NCBI GenBank assembly: GCA_001917535.1
Contig: MNEF01000098.1
Location: 45,241-109,240 of the forward strand
Length of the DNA stretch: 64,000 nt
Reading direction: 5' to 3'
DNA from: Candidatus Rokubacteria bacterium 13_1_40CM_69_27
GTDB lineage: Bacteria > Methylomirabilota > Methylomirabilia > Rokubacteriales > CSP1-6
Shown here: positions 17,250 through 26,124 of the stretch, piece by piece
Numbering within the stretch: position 1 is the stretch's first letter
Layout: every line of letters starts with the position of its first letter
Translations under genes and position numbers: made by a program
The notes under the pieces: generated by a model
Seen by the model: the letters and a program-made list of their open reading frames with translations, nothing else
Told to the model about the DNA's origin: nothing
Databases searched by the model: none

Positions 17250-18380
17250 TCAGCGCCGTGCCAACGGCACGAAGGCGCGCCGGCCCGCCCCGGTGTACTC
17301 GCCGCGCGGCCGGATCAGACGATTGTCGTCGTGCTGCTCGATGATGTTGGCGGTCCAGCCGGCGATGCGGCCGGCCGCGATGACCGGCGTGAAGAGATCG
17401 ACGGGGATCCCCAGCGAGTAGAAGAGGGGAGCCGAATAGAAATCGACGTTAGGGATCAGTCCCTTGGCTGCGCTGATCCGCTCGTGGAGCGTCACCGATA
17501 TTTGAAACCACTTGAACTGCCCCGACTGTCGGCACGCCTCCTCGGCCATCCCCCTGAGGATGGCCGCGCGCGGGTCACCCGCCCGGTAGACGCGGTGGCC
17601 GAAGCCCATGAGCCGCCGCTTGGTCCGGAGCGCGTCTTCGGTGAAGCGCTCCACGCTGGCGACCTCGCCGATCTCCAGGAGCGTGTGCATGACCGCTTCG
17701 CCCGCCCCACCGTGCAGAGGGCCCTTGAGAGCGCCCACGCCGCCGGCCACCGCCGAGTGCATGTCCGACTGCGTCGAGGTGATGACGCGCGTGGTGAAGG
17801 TGGACGCGTTCATCTCGTGCTCGGCGTAGAGCGTGAGGCTCGCGTCGAAGGCCTTGGCCGCCGTGGCCGAGGGGCGGACGCCGGTCAGCATGTAGAGGAA
17901 GTTGGCGGCGTGCCCGAGATCGGCCGCGGGCGTGACGGGTTCCTGACCGCCGCGGACGCGATGGTGGGCGCAGATCGCAATCGCGAGCTGACTGGCCACA
18001 CGCGCCGCCTTGCGGCGGTTGGCGTCGTGCGAGTTGTCGGTGGTGTCGGGATCGTGCATGCCCAGGATGGCCACGGCCGCCTGCAGCGCGCGCATGGGGT
18101 CGGTGGACCGCGGCATCAGCCGGAAGGCCTCGATCAGCTCGCGGGGGATCGACCGCGCCGAGATCAGCTCGCTGACGAAGCGATCGAGCTGCGGCTTGCC
18201 CGGCAGCTCGCCGTGCCAGAGGAGGTAGGCGACTTCCTCGAAGGTCGCCTGGCGCGCGAGATCCTCGATGTCGTACCCGCCGTAGGCGAGCCGGCCGTTC
18301 TTGCCGTCGAGGTCGCACAGCCGCGTCTCGGCGGCGACGACTCCCTCGAGCCCGCGGATCAACGAACTCCCTTCGCTCAT
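17250..18380 (-). CDS. prpC: Citrate synthase family protein, probably 2-methylcitrate synthase
   Basis: 376 aa containing GFGHRVY and the other conserved citrate synthase motifs. It is co-oriented with the aconitase-family gene and prpF. Confidence 0.85.
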   Translation of the reverse strand: MSEGSSLIRGLEGVVAAETRLCDLDGKNGRLAYGGYDIEDLARQATFEEVAYLLWHGELPGKPQLDRFVSELISARSIPRELIEAFRLMPRSTDPMRALQAAVAILGMHDPDTTDNSHDANRRKAARVASQLAIAICAHHRVRGGQEPVTPAADLGHAANFLYMLTGVRPSATAAKAFDASLTLYAEHEMNASTFTTRVITSTQSDMHSAVAGGVGALKGPLHGGAGEAVMHTLLEIGEVASVERFTEDALRTKRRLMGFGHRVYRAGDPRAAILRGMAEEACRQSGQFKWFQISVTLHERISAAKGLIPNVDFYSAPLFYSLGIPVDLFTPVIAAGRIAGWTANIIEQHDDNRLIRPRGEYTGAGRRAFVPLARR

Positions 18381-18462
18381 GGCCGGCTCCTCGTGAGGGC
18401 TCTACGGTAGACTGGGGGTCCGCCCCGCGCAAGACCGGGCGGCCGCGTGTATCCTCGGCCCG

Positions 18463-19425
18463 GTGCGGCCGCCGACACTCGTCGCTCATGCCGACTGGGG
18501 ATGGAGCCCGCCCAAGCGCTGGCTGGCCCGCGCGTGTCTGGAGGCCGGCCGGTACGTCGCCCGGGCCCCCGAGCCGGTGGGGGCGCCGCCGACGCTGCTC
18601 GGCGACCTGGTCGCGGCGGCCCCGGGCGGCGGGCCCGTGCTGCTCGGCTTCGACTTTCCCATCGGGCTGCCCGCGGCCTACGCGGAGCGGGTCGGTATCA
18701 CGCGCTTCCTCGACGTTCTGCCCGGCTTCGGTGAGGCCGCCTGGCCCGAGTTCTATCGCGTCGCCGATCGCCCGGAGGACATCGCGCTGGCGCGGCCCTT
18801 CTATCCCGACCGCCCCGGCCTGTCCGGCGCGCGGCGGCGGGTCCACCTGGCCCAGGGACTGGGCGTCACCCTGAGCGCGCTCTGGCGCGCGTGCGATCGC
18901 AAGCAACCGTACCGTCGCGCCGCCGCCCCGATCTTCTGGACGCTCGGCGGCCAGCAGGTCGGCAAGGCCGCCATCAGCGGCTGGCGCGACGTCCTGGGGC
19001 CCGCGCTGCGGTCGGGCGACGTTGACGTGGCGATCTGGCCGTTCGCCGGCCGGCTCGGCGAGCTGTTGCGCCCTGGACGCGTCGTGATCGTCGAGTGCTA
19101 CCCCGCCGAGATCTACGCGCAGCTCGGTCTCGTCTTTCGACGACGCGGGGAGCGGAAGTGGGGCAAGCGCATCCAGGCGGACCGGCGCGCCAACGCCGCC
19201 CGGCTCTTCGCGTGGGCGCGCTCCGCGGGCGTGGCCCTCGCACCCTCGCTGCGAAAGGCGATCGCCAGCGGGTTCGGCGCCGGCGCCGACGGGGAGGACC
19301 GGTTCGACGCCGTCGTCGGGCTCTGCGGCATGCTGGAGACCGCGCTGGGGCGGCGGCCACCCGGGGAGCCGGACGACGAGGTCGTCCGAGCCGTCGAGGG
19401 GTGGATTCTCGGGTTACGCGTTTGA
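18463..19425 (+). CDS. Conserved hypothetical protein (DUF429-like)
   Basis: 320 aa with a GTG start, reading VAHADWGWSPPKRWLARA...LLGFDFPIGLPAAY. The family assignment is tentative. Confidence 0.5.
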   Translation: MRPPTLVAHADWGWSPPKRWLARACLEAGRYVARAPEPVGAPPTLLGDLVAAAPGGGPVLLGFDFPIGLPAAYAERVGITRFLDVLPGFGEAAWPEFYRVADRPEDIALARPFYPDRPGLSGARRRVHLAQGLGVTLSALWRACDRKQPYRRAAAPIFWTLGGQQVGKAAISGWRDVLGPALRSGDVDVAIWPFAGRLGELLRPGRVVIVECYPAEIYAQLGLVFRRRGERKWGKRIQADRRANAARLFAWARSAGVALAPSLRKAIASGFGAGADGEDRFDAVVGLCGMLETALGRRPPGEPDDEVVRAVEGWILGLRV

Positions 19426-20358
19426 CCTGCGCAGCACCTCTTCCACGAAGGCCCGCAGTGCCTCCCAATCGTACGGCCCCTGGCGGAAGGCGATGTTCAG
19501 GCGAGCGGCTCCCGCGTCGCGGTAGGCGGCGGCCAGCTCGATCGCCTGCTTGGGCGTGCCGCGCACGAAGCCGGTGCGGCCCTGCGCGTCCTTTCCAAAG
19601 TGCGCCTGGAAGAGCGCCTCGCCCCGGGCCGCGCCCTTGGCGTCGGCGCCCATGTAGAAGCCGACGTTGGCGGACTTCAAGATCGTCTTCGGGTCCCGTC
19701 CCTCCTTGTCGCACCACTGGTCGAGCACCTGGCTCTTCTTCTTCCACTGGTCGGGGCCGAGATAGGGCGCGTTCCAGCCGTCGGCGTAGCGGGCGGCGGC
19801 GCGCAACGTGCGCTTCTCGCCGCCGCCGCCGATCCAGATCGGCAGGCGCGGCTGGAGCGGCTTGGGGTTGTTGGGCGCGTTCTGGAGCTGGAAGTGCTTG
19901 CCGGTGAAGTTCGCGCGCTTGACCGCGGGATCGAAGAGCTGGCGGAGGGCCTGCGCGAACTCCTCCAGCATGTCCTCGCGCACGCCGATGGAGGGGAAGG
20001 GGATGCCGAAGGCGCGGGCCTCGAGCTCGTGCCAGCCGGCGCCGATGCCGCACTCCACGCGGCCATTCGAGAGGTAGTCGATGGAGGTCAGCGCGGAGGC
20101 CAACACCCCCGGGTTGCGGTACAGGTTGCAGTAGACCAGCGAGCCGATGCGCACGCGCTTCGTCTCCAGCGCGGCCGCCGTCATGATCGAGATGGACTCG
20201 AAGCAGTCGAGATCGCCGCCCTGGGGCGGGGACTCCTGGAAGTGATCCGACACCGAGAACCAGTCGAAGCCGCTTTCGTCGGCGAACTTCCAGAGCCGCC
20301 GCATCTCGGCGAGCGGCCCCCCCATGTGGCCGACGTGGATGCCGAAGGTCATGGCCAT
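19414..20358 (-). CDS. Luciferase-like (LLM class) flavin/F420-dependent oxidoreductase
   Basis: The start is the ATG at 20358 (MAMTFGIHVGHMGGPLAEM). It has a luciferase-like TIM barrel (WFSVSDHF, GIGAGWHELEARAFGIPFP). The 185-aa arginine-rich N-terminus of the tracked ORF is rejected. Confidence 0.75.
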   Translation of the reverse strand: MAMTFGIHVGHMGGPLAEMRRLWKFADESGFDWFSVSDHFQESPPQGGDLDCFESISIMTAAALETKRVRIGSLVYCNLYRNPGVLASALTSIDYLSNGRVECGIGAGWHELEARAFGIPFPSIGVREDMLEEFAQALRQLFDPAVKRANFTGKHFQLQNAPNNPKPLQPRLPIWIGGGGEKRTLRAAARYADGWNAPYLGPDQWKKKSQVLDQWCDKEGRDPKTILKSANVGFYMGADAKGAARGEALFQAHFGKDAQGRTGFVRGTPKQAIELAAAYRDAGAARLNIAFRQGPYDWEALRAFVEEVLRRSNA

Positions 20359-20369
20359 TGGTCGGCTCC

Positions 20370-21137
20370 TCAGCCAGTGGTGAGCGTGAGCCCGGCGTCG
20401 ATGACGAGCGTCTGGCCCGTGACCCAGCGGGCCTCGTCGCTGGCCAGATAGACCGCGCCCCAGGCGACGTCCCACCCGGTGCCCTCGATGCCCAGCGGAG
20501 AGGACTGCCGGCGGCGTTCCCGCGCCTCGGCGCCCAGGCTCTCCACCATCGGCGTCCACACCCGGCCGGGCGCGATGGCGTTGACGCGGATTCCCCGGGG
20601 CCCGAGTTGCACGGCGACGCTTCGCACGAAGCCGATCACGCCGGCCTTGGCGGCGGCGTAGGCCGTGCGCCCGTGCCCGCGCAGCGCGGCCACCGACGAT
20701 ACGCAGATGATGCTGCCGGAGCCCTGAGCGACCATCGGGGGCACGGCCGCCTGGGTGGCCAGCAGCATGGACTTGAGATCGACGGTCATCACGCGGTCCC
20801 ACTCCTCTTCCGTCGTCTCCAGGAGGTCCTTGCGCGACTCGACGCCGACGTTGTTGTGGAGGATGTCGAGGCCGCCCCAGCGCGCGACGGCCGCCCGCAC
20901 CATCGCCTGGCACTCGGCCGCGCGGGTCACGTTGGCGGCGAACACCTCGGCCTCGCCGGACTCGGCGCGGATCAGCTCCACGGTGTCCGCGGCGCGCTCC
21001 TTGGCCTGGTCCACGCAGAGCACCCGCGCGCCTTCGCGCGCGAAGAGGATGGCCGTCGCCTTGCCGTTGCCGAGACCGGGGCCGCGGGAGCCGGCCCCGG
21101 TCACGATCGCAACCTTGCCCGCCAGTCGGCCGGGCAT
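20370..21137 (-). CDS. SDR family oxidoreductase
   Basis: The start is the ATG at 21137 (MPGRLAGKVAIVTGAGSRGPGLG), which overlaps the upstream stop (ATGA). The catalytic YAAAK motif is present. The N-terminal extension of the tracked ORF is rejected. Confidence 0.8.
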   Translation of the reverse strand: MPGRLAGKVAIVTGAGSRGPGLGNGKATAILFAREGARVLCVDQAKERAADTVELIRAESGEAEVFAANVTRAAECQAMVRAAVARWGGLDILHNNVGVESRKDLLETTEEEWDRVMTVDLKSMLLATQAAVPPMVAQGSGSIICVSSVAALRGHGRTAYAAAKAGVIGFVRSVAVQLGPRGIRVNAIAPGRVWTPMVESLGAEARERRRQSSPLGIEGTGWDVAWGAVYLASDEARWVTGQTLVIDAGLTLTTG

Positions 21138-22222
21138 CAGCCCATCAGGAGCTTGCCGGCCACCTCGCGCCCCATGGCCCGGATCTGCTCGCGGCTGACT
21201 CCTTCGCCAATCAACCCGGTCACCAGCATCGCGTAGCCGTCGGGCTGCGAAGGGTTGCCGGTCTGGCCGAGGTCCGTCGAGAGCAGGAAATTCTCGGCGC
21301 CGATGGCCTTGATGTGGCCCGCGGACTCCTTGTAGGTGACCTGACGCCAGTGGCGCATCCAGGCCAGGTGCGCCTGGGGCCCCATCAGCGGCCCCATCGC
21401 GCAGATCTCGAGCTTGGCGCCCATCGACGCCGCCTTCTTCATCTGCTCGACGGTCATGTTGACCACGTCGAACTCGGCGTGCGTCACCACGAGGCGATCG
21501 CAGCCGGCATCGCGCGCGGCCTCGACGATGGCCAGCGCCTCGGCGGGCGAGGCGTGGCCGGTGCAGACCACGAGCTTCTGCTGGGCGCAGACCTTCAGCA
21601 CCTCGCGGACCGCCGGCAGCACCTTGCCGTCGGCGCCGACGACCTTGATGCCCTCGGGCGCGTCCTTGAAGTGCTTGACGTGATTGTCGGCGTCGAAGGT
21701 CGGGAACCAGACGATGCGGCCGTAGCCGCCCTGCATGCGCCACATCCACTGCACCGCCTCGGGGTTGATGCCGCCGGCGGCGCCGTTGAGCGCGATGCCG
21801 CCGAAGGCCTTCATGCCCGGCACGTGCTTGCGGAGGAGCCAGGCCCGGTCGGCGGTGAGGGCCGTGTGGCTCTTGAGGACGACCGCCTCCAGCTTGCGGG
21901 CCGCGTAGAGCTGGGCCGATTCCTCGTCGTCCACGGCGCGACCGAAGACGTCGGGCGCCGTGTGCACGTGGAAGTCGATCAAGCCTTCGATCGGGCTGAC
22001 GACGGGGGGAGGCGGCGGGAAAACGCGCACCTGGGCGCCAGCCGCCTTCGGCCAGGTGGCCAGGGCGGCCAGGCCGGCGACGCCGGCGGTCGCCGTCTTG
22101 ATGAAGTCGCGCCGGCCCCCGCTCTGCGTCGCGGTTGTCGTCCCGTTCGAAACCGGAGGATGGCCCCAGCTGGGGCCGCAGCAGTTGGTGAATCGCCATC
22201 GGGGAAGCTGGAATGGCTTCAT
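21137..22222 (-). CDS. Tat-signal metal-dependent hydrolase (amidohydrolase/PHP-like HxH motif)
   Basis: 361 aa with a twin-arginine motif GGRRDFIKTATAGVAGLAALA, and LIDFHVHTAPDVFGR at the start of the catalytic domain. The family assignment is tentative. Confidence 0.5.
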   Translation of the reverse strand: MKPFQLPRWRFTNCCGPSWGHPPVSNGTTTATQSGGRRDFIKTATAGVAGLAALATWPKAAGAQVRVFPPPPPVVSPIEGLIDFHVHTAPDVFGRAVDDEESAQLYAARKLEAVVLKSHTALTADRAWLLRKHVPGMKAFGGIALNGAAGGINPEAVQWMWRMQGGYGRIVWFPTFDADNHVKHFKDAPEGIKVVGADGKVLPAVREVLKVCAQQKLVVCTGHASPAEALAIVEAARDAGCDRLVVTHAEFDVVNMTVEQMKKAASMGAKLEICAMGPLMGPQAHLAWMRHWRQVTYKESAGHIKAIGAENFLLSTDLGQTGNPSQPDGYAMLVTGLIGEGVSREQIRAMGREVAGKLLMG

Positions 22223-22238
22223 ACGCCCCTCCTGGTTG

Positions 22239-23909
22239 TTATGTGAACGAGGGATCGATGCGGACGTCGATCAGGTACGGGCCCCCGCTGCGCAGGCCCC
22301 GCGTCAGCGCCGCCGGCACCTCGCCGGCCTTCTCGACGTGCTCGCCGGGCACCCCCAGCGAGCGCGCCAGGCCGACCCAGTCGATGGGCGGCCGGTCGAG
22401 GTCCATGCCCACATAGCGGTCGTCCTCGGCCGAGAAGCCCTTGAGGGCGAGCGTGCGCTGCTTGAGGATCCGGTACGACGCGTTGTTGAAGATGACGTAG
22501 ACGACGCCGAGCCCTTCCCGGGCGGCCGTCCACAGCCCCTGGCTCGTGTACATCGCGCTACCGTCGCCGACCAGCGCGATCACCGGGCGCCGGGGCAGCG
22601 CCAGCTTGACGCCCAGCGCCGCCGGGAGCCCCCAGCCGATCCCGCCGCCCCGGAGGCCGAAGAAGCTCTTGGGATCGGCGCAGCGGAGGAGCTGGCGCAG
22701 GCCGTGGCCGGACGAGATCGACTCGTCGATGATGGTGACGTCGTCGGGGACGCTGGCGGCGATCGCCTGGACCAGGCTCAGCGACGACATCGGGATCTGC
22801 CGGGCCTCCCGCTGCGCGCGCTCGGTCAGCTCCGCGCGCATCCGTTCGTGGGCCGCCCGCGCCGCCTCCCGCCGCTTCGGCGCCTCGGCATGGCCGTGCG
22901 TCGTCGTGTGGCGGCGCAGCGCCTCGGAGAGCTCGGGCAGCGTCGCTTTGGGCTCGCCGTGGATGGCGACGGCGGCGGGATAGTTCTTGCCCAGCTCCCA
23001 GGGGTTCACGTCCAGGTGCACGATGCGGAGGCCGGGGGGCATCGGATCGACGTCGTCGGGCAGCGAGAGCGTGAAGAGGTCGCCGCCCACCGAGAAGAGA
23101 AGATCGTGGCTCATCAGCAGCGCCCTGATCTGAGGGCCCAGGCGCGGCATCGGGCCAGCGTACTGAGGATGCGTGAACGGGAAGCTGCAGGTGGAAGACA
23201 CGCACTCGGTGACGACCGGACAGCCCACCAGCTCGGCCAGCTCCACGATCTCGCCGAGCGCGTCGCCGTGGGCCACGGCGTCGCCGGCGACGAGCAGGGG
23301 CTGCTCGGCCTTCGCCAGCAGCGCGGCGGCCCGATCGATCGCCTGGTGATCGCCGACGATGCGCGGCGCCACCCGGGTGGAGGCCAGGAGATCGACGTCG
23401 CGCTCGGCGTTGAGGACGTCGACCGGCAGCGAGAGGAACACCGGGCCCGTCGGGTGGGCCAGCGCGGTTTTCGTGGCACGCCGGACGATCCGGGGCAGGT
23501 CCTCCAGGCGGCGCACCTCGGTGGACCATTTGACGAAGGGCTCGGCGACCGGCGGCAGCTCGGCCCAGAGGATCGGCTCCGTGGCCGTGAAGGACTGGTC
23601 GTGCTGCCCGGCGGTCAGGAGCATGGGCGCGCCCGACTTGCGCGCGTTGTAGAGCATGCCCATCGCGTTGCCGAGACCCGGCGCGATGTGCACGTTCACC
23701 GCGGCCAGCCCGCCGCTGGCCAGGGCGTAGCCATCGGCCATCGCGATGGCCACGGCCTCCTGGAGCGCCAGCACGTAGCGGATCCGCGGCTCGCGCGCCA
23801 GCCCGTCCATCAGCGGCAGCTCGGTCGTCCCCGGGTTGCCGAACATGACGGAGACGCCTTCTTGGGCGAGGATCTCGAGGAACGCCTGCTTGCCGGAGGT
23901 CAGTGGCAT
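22239..23909 (-). CDS. Thiamine-pyrophosphate-dependent enzyme (benzoylformate decarboxylase/acetolactate synthase family)
   Basis: It has an N-terminal TPP Pyr domain (FGNPGTTELPLMDGL) and a C-terminal PP domain (GDGSAMYTSQGLWTAAREGLGVVYVIFNN). The start is the ATG at 23909 (MPLTSG) or the tracked 23948. Confidence 0.8.
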   Translation of the reverse strand: MPLTSGKQAFLEILAQEGVSVMFGNPGTTELPLMDGLAREPRIRYVLALQEAVAIAMADGYALASGGLAAVNVHIAPGLGNAMGMLYNARKSGAPMLLTAGQHDQSFTATEPILWAELPPVAEPFVKWSTEVRRLEDLPRIVRRATKTALAHPTGPVFLSLPVDVLNAERDVDLLASTRVAPRIVGDHQAIDRAAALLAKAEQPLLVAGDAVAHGDALGEIVELAELVGCPVVTECVSSTCSFPFTHPQYAGPMPRLGPQIRALLMSHDLLFSVGGDLFTLSLPDDVDPMPPGLRIVHLDVNPWELGKNYPAAVAIHGEPKATLPELSEALRRHTTTHGHAEAPKRREAARAAHERMRAELTERAQREARQIPMSSLSLVQAIAASVPDDVTIIDESISSGHGLRQLLRCADPKSFFGLRGGGIGWGLPAALGVKLALPRRPVIALVGDGSAMYTSQGLWTAAREGLGVVYVIFNNASYRILKQRTLALKGFSAEDDRYVGMDLDRPPIDWVGLARSLGVPGEHVEKAGEVPAALTRGLRSGGPYLIDVRIDPSFT

Positions 23910-23974
23910 GGGGGCCCGATCATAAACCCGCAGCTCGCTTGATTCCAAGGGGGGTGCCCGGTACGCTCTCAGGC

Positions 23975-25012
23975 GTGCCGGCCACGGATGGTGCTCTCCT
24001 CCGCGCGGCGCGCCGCGAACCGACTCCCTACACGCCGGTGTGGCTCATGCGCCAGGCCGGGCGCTATCTGCCAGAATACCGAGCGATGCGGGCGCGGTAC
24101 GGCTTCCTCGAGCTGTGCCGCAACCCGGAGGCGGCCGCGGAGGTGACGCTGCAGCCCGTCGGGCGCCTCGGGGTCGACGCGGCGATCCTCTTCGCCGACA
24201 TCTTGCTGATCGTGGAGCCGCTCGGCGTCGGCCTGGAGTTCTCGAGAGGCGAGGGGCCGGTCATCGCGCGCCCCATCCGGCAGGAGGTGGATGTCGGCCG
24301 CCTCAAGCCCATCGACGTGGCCAGCGGGGTACCATTCGTCTTCGAGACGGTGCGGAAGGTTGTTCGCGCGCTGGGCGGCCGCGTGCCCCTCATCGGCTTC
24401 GCGGGCGCGCCGTTCACCGTCGCCTCGTACCTGGTCGAGGGAGGGCCGTCGCGCCACTACCTGCACACGAAGCGTCTCATGTACGAGGCGCCGGAGGCCT
24501 GGCATCGCCTGATGGAGCTGCTGGCCGACGCCACCGCGCGCTATCTGAACGGGCAGATCGCGGCGGGCGCCCAGGCCGTCCAGCTCTTCGACTCCTGGGT
24601 GGGCGTGCTGAGCCCCGCCGACTACCGCGCGTTCGTGCTGCCGCACGTGCGAGCGCTGCTCAAGGCGCTGACGCCGGGCGCCCCCGTCATTCACTTCGGC
24701 ACCGGCACGGCCGCATTGCTCCCGCTCATGCGCGAGGCGGGCGGCAACGTCATCGGCCTCGACTGGCGCGTGGACCTCGACGCCGCCTGGGCCACGGTCG
24801 GGCACGACATCGCGGTCCAGGGCAATCTCGATCCCGCCGTGCTGCTGGCCAAGCCGTCCTATATAAGGGAACGGGCCAAAGAGGTCCTGGCGCGGGCCGG
24901 GGGTCGGCCGGGTCATATCTTCAACCTCGGCCACGGCGTGCTCCCTGACACGCCCGTCGAGCACGTGAAGGCGCTCGTCGACATCGTCCACGAGCTCTCC
25001 GACCGTCGATGA
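23975..25012 (+). CDS. hemE: Uroporphyrinogen decarboxylase
   Basis: The protein reads TPVWLMRQAGRYLPEYRA...FAGAPFT.... The GTG at 23975 gives a typical HemE N-terminus. The tracked ORF began at 23903. Confidence 0.85.
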   Translation: MPATDGALLRAARREPTPYTPVWLMRQAGRYLPEYRAMRARYGFLELCRNPEAAAEVTLQPVGRLGVDAAILFADILLIVEPLGVGLEFSRGEGPVIARPIRQEVDVGRLKPIDVASGVPFVFETVRKVVRALGGRVPLIGFAGAPFTVASYLVEGGPSRHYLHTKRLMYEAPEAWHRLMELLADATARYLNGQIAAGAQAVQLFDSWVGVLSPADYRAFVLPHVRALLKALTPGAPVIHFGTGTAALLPLMREAGGNVIGLDWRVDLDAAWATVGHDIAVQGNLDPAVLLAKPSYIRERAKEVLARAGGRPGHIFNLGHGVLPDTPVEHVKALVDIVHELSDRR

Positions 25013-26124
25013 TCGAGGCGGTACTGCTGATCGCCTTCGGTGGGCCCACGGCGCCCGACGAGATTCGGCCGTTCCTCCGCAACGTGGCGCGCGGCCGCGC
25101 CGTCCCGGCGGCGCGACTGGAGGAGGTGGCGCATCACTACGAGCGGATGCCCGGTGGCCGCTCGCCGCTCAACGAGCTGACGGTCCGCCAGGCCCGCGCT
25201 CTCGCCGAGACACTCGCCGCTGACGGCCCCGCGCTTCCGGTCTTCGTCGGCATGCGCAACTGGCACCCGTACCTGCACGAGACGCTGGCCGAGATGGCCG
25301 GCCAGGGGATCCGGCGAGCGCTGGGCATCATCCTGTCACCGCTCCGCACGGAGGCGTCGTGGGAGCGCTACCTGCGGGACGTCGCCGAGGCCCGCGCCCA
25401 GACGCCCACCGCGCCGGAGGTGGTCTTCGCGCCGGCCTGGTTCGAGCACCCGCAGTTCGTCGCCGCCGCCGCCGATCGCTGCCGGCGCGCGCTGGACGAA
25501 GTGCCCCCCGGCGAGCGCGCGGCGACGCCGCTCGTCTTCACCGCCCACAGCGTTCCGGTCCCGATGGCCGAGGCGTCGCCGTACGTCGCCGATTTCGCGG
25601 CGGCCGCGGGCGCAGTCGCGGCGGCGCTCGGGCGCGCGCGCTGGTCCCTCGCCTACCAGAGCCGGAGCGGGAGCCCGCGCGACCGGTGGCTGGAGCCCGA
25701 CGTCAACGATGTCCTGAAGGAGCTGGCGCGGCAGGGTGCGCCGCACGTCGTCGTCGTCCCCCTCGGCTTCGTGTGCGACCACGTCGAGGTGCTTTACGAT
25801 CTCGACGTCGAAGCGCGCGCGACCGCCGCCACGGTGGGCCTCATCCTCCACCGCGCGGCCGCTGTCAACGATCATCCCGACTTCATCGCCGCGCTGGCCG
25901 ATCTCGTGCGCCGTCACGTCGCCGAGGGCGACGCTGCGCGGGCCGGGCAGGCCCGAGCGCCCTCCTCGACCACGCAATCCACGCCGCGGCCTTCGCCCTC
26001 TTCCAGCGCTCGCTTCCCTCAACCCCCTGAGACACGGGTCTCGGAGGGCGCATCCGGCCCGCCTGGCCCGCGCCCCCCGTCCCCCGGCGAGACGGCGCCC
26101 ACGCGTCGGCGAGGGCGGCGGTGA
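25009..26124 (+). CDS. hemH: Ferrochelatase with a Pro/Ser-rich C-terminal tail
   Basis: The protein reads MIEAVLLIAFGGPTAPDEIRPFLRNV...VVVVPLGFVCDHVEVLYDLD. Its stop overlaps the hemY GTG start. Confidence 0.85.
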   Translation: MIEAVLLIAFGGPTAPDEIRPFLRNVARGRAVPAARLEEVAHHYERMPGGRSPLNELTVRQARALAETLAADGPALPVFVGMRNWHPYLHETLAEMAGQGIRRALGIILSPLRTEASWERYLRDVAEARAQTPTAPEVVFAPAWFEHPQFVAAAADRCRRALDEVPPGERAATPLVFTAHSVPVPMAEASPYVADFAAAAGAVAAALGRARWSLAYQSRSGSPRDRWLEPDVNDVLKELARQGAPHVVVVPLGFVCDHVEVLYDLDVEARATAATVGLILHRAAAVNDHPDFIAALADLVRRHVAEGDAARAGQARAPSSTTQSTPRPSPSSSARFPQPPETRVSEGASGPPGPRPPSPGETAPTRRRGRR

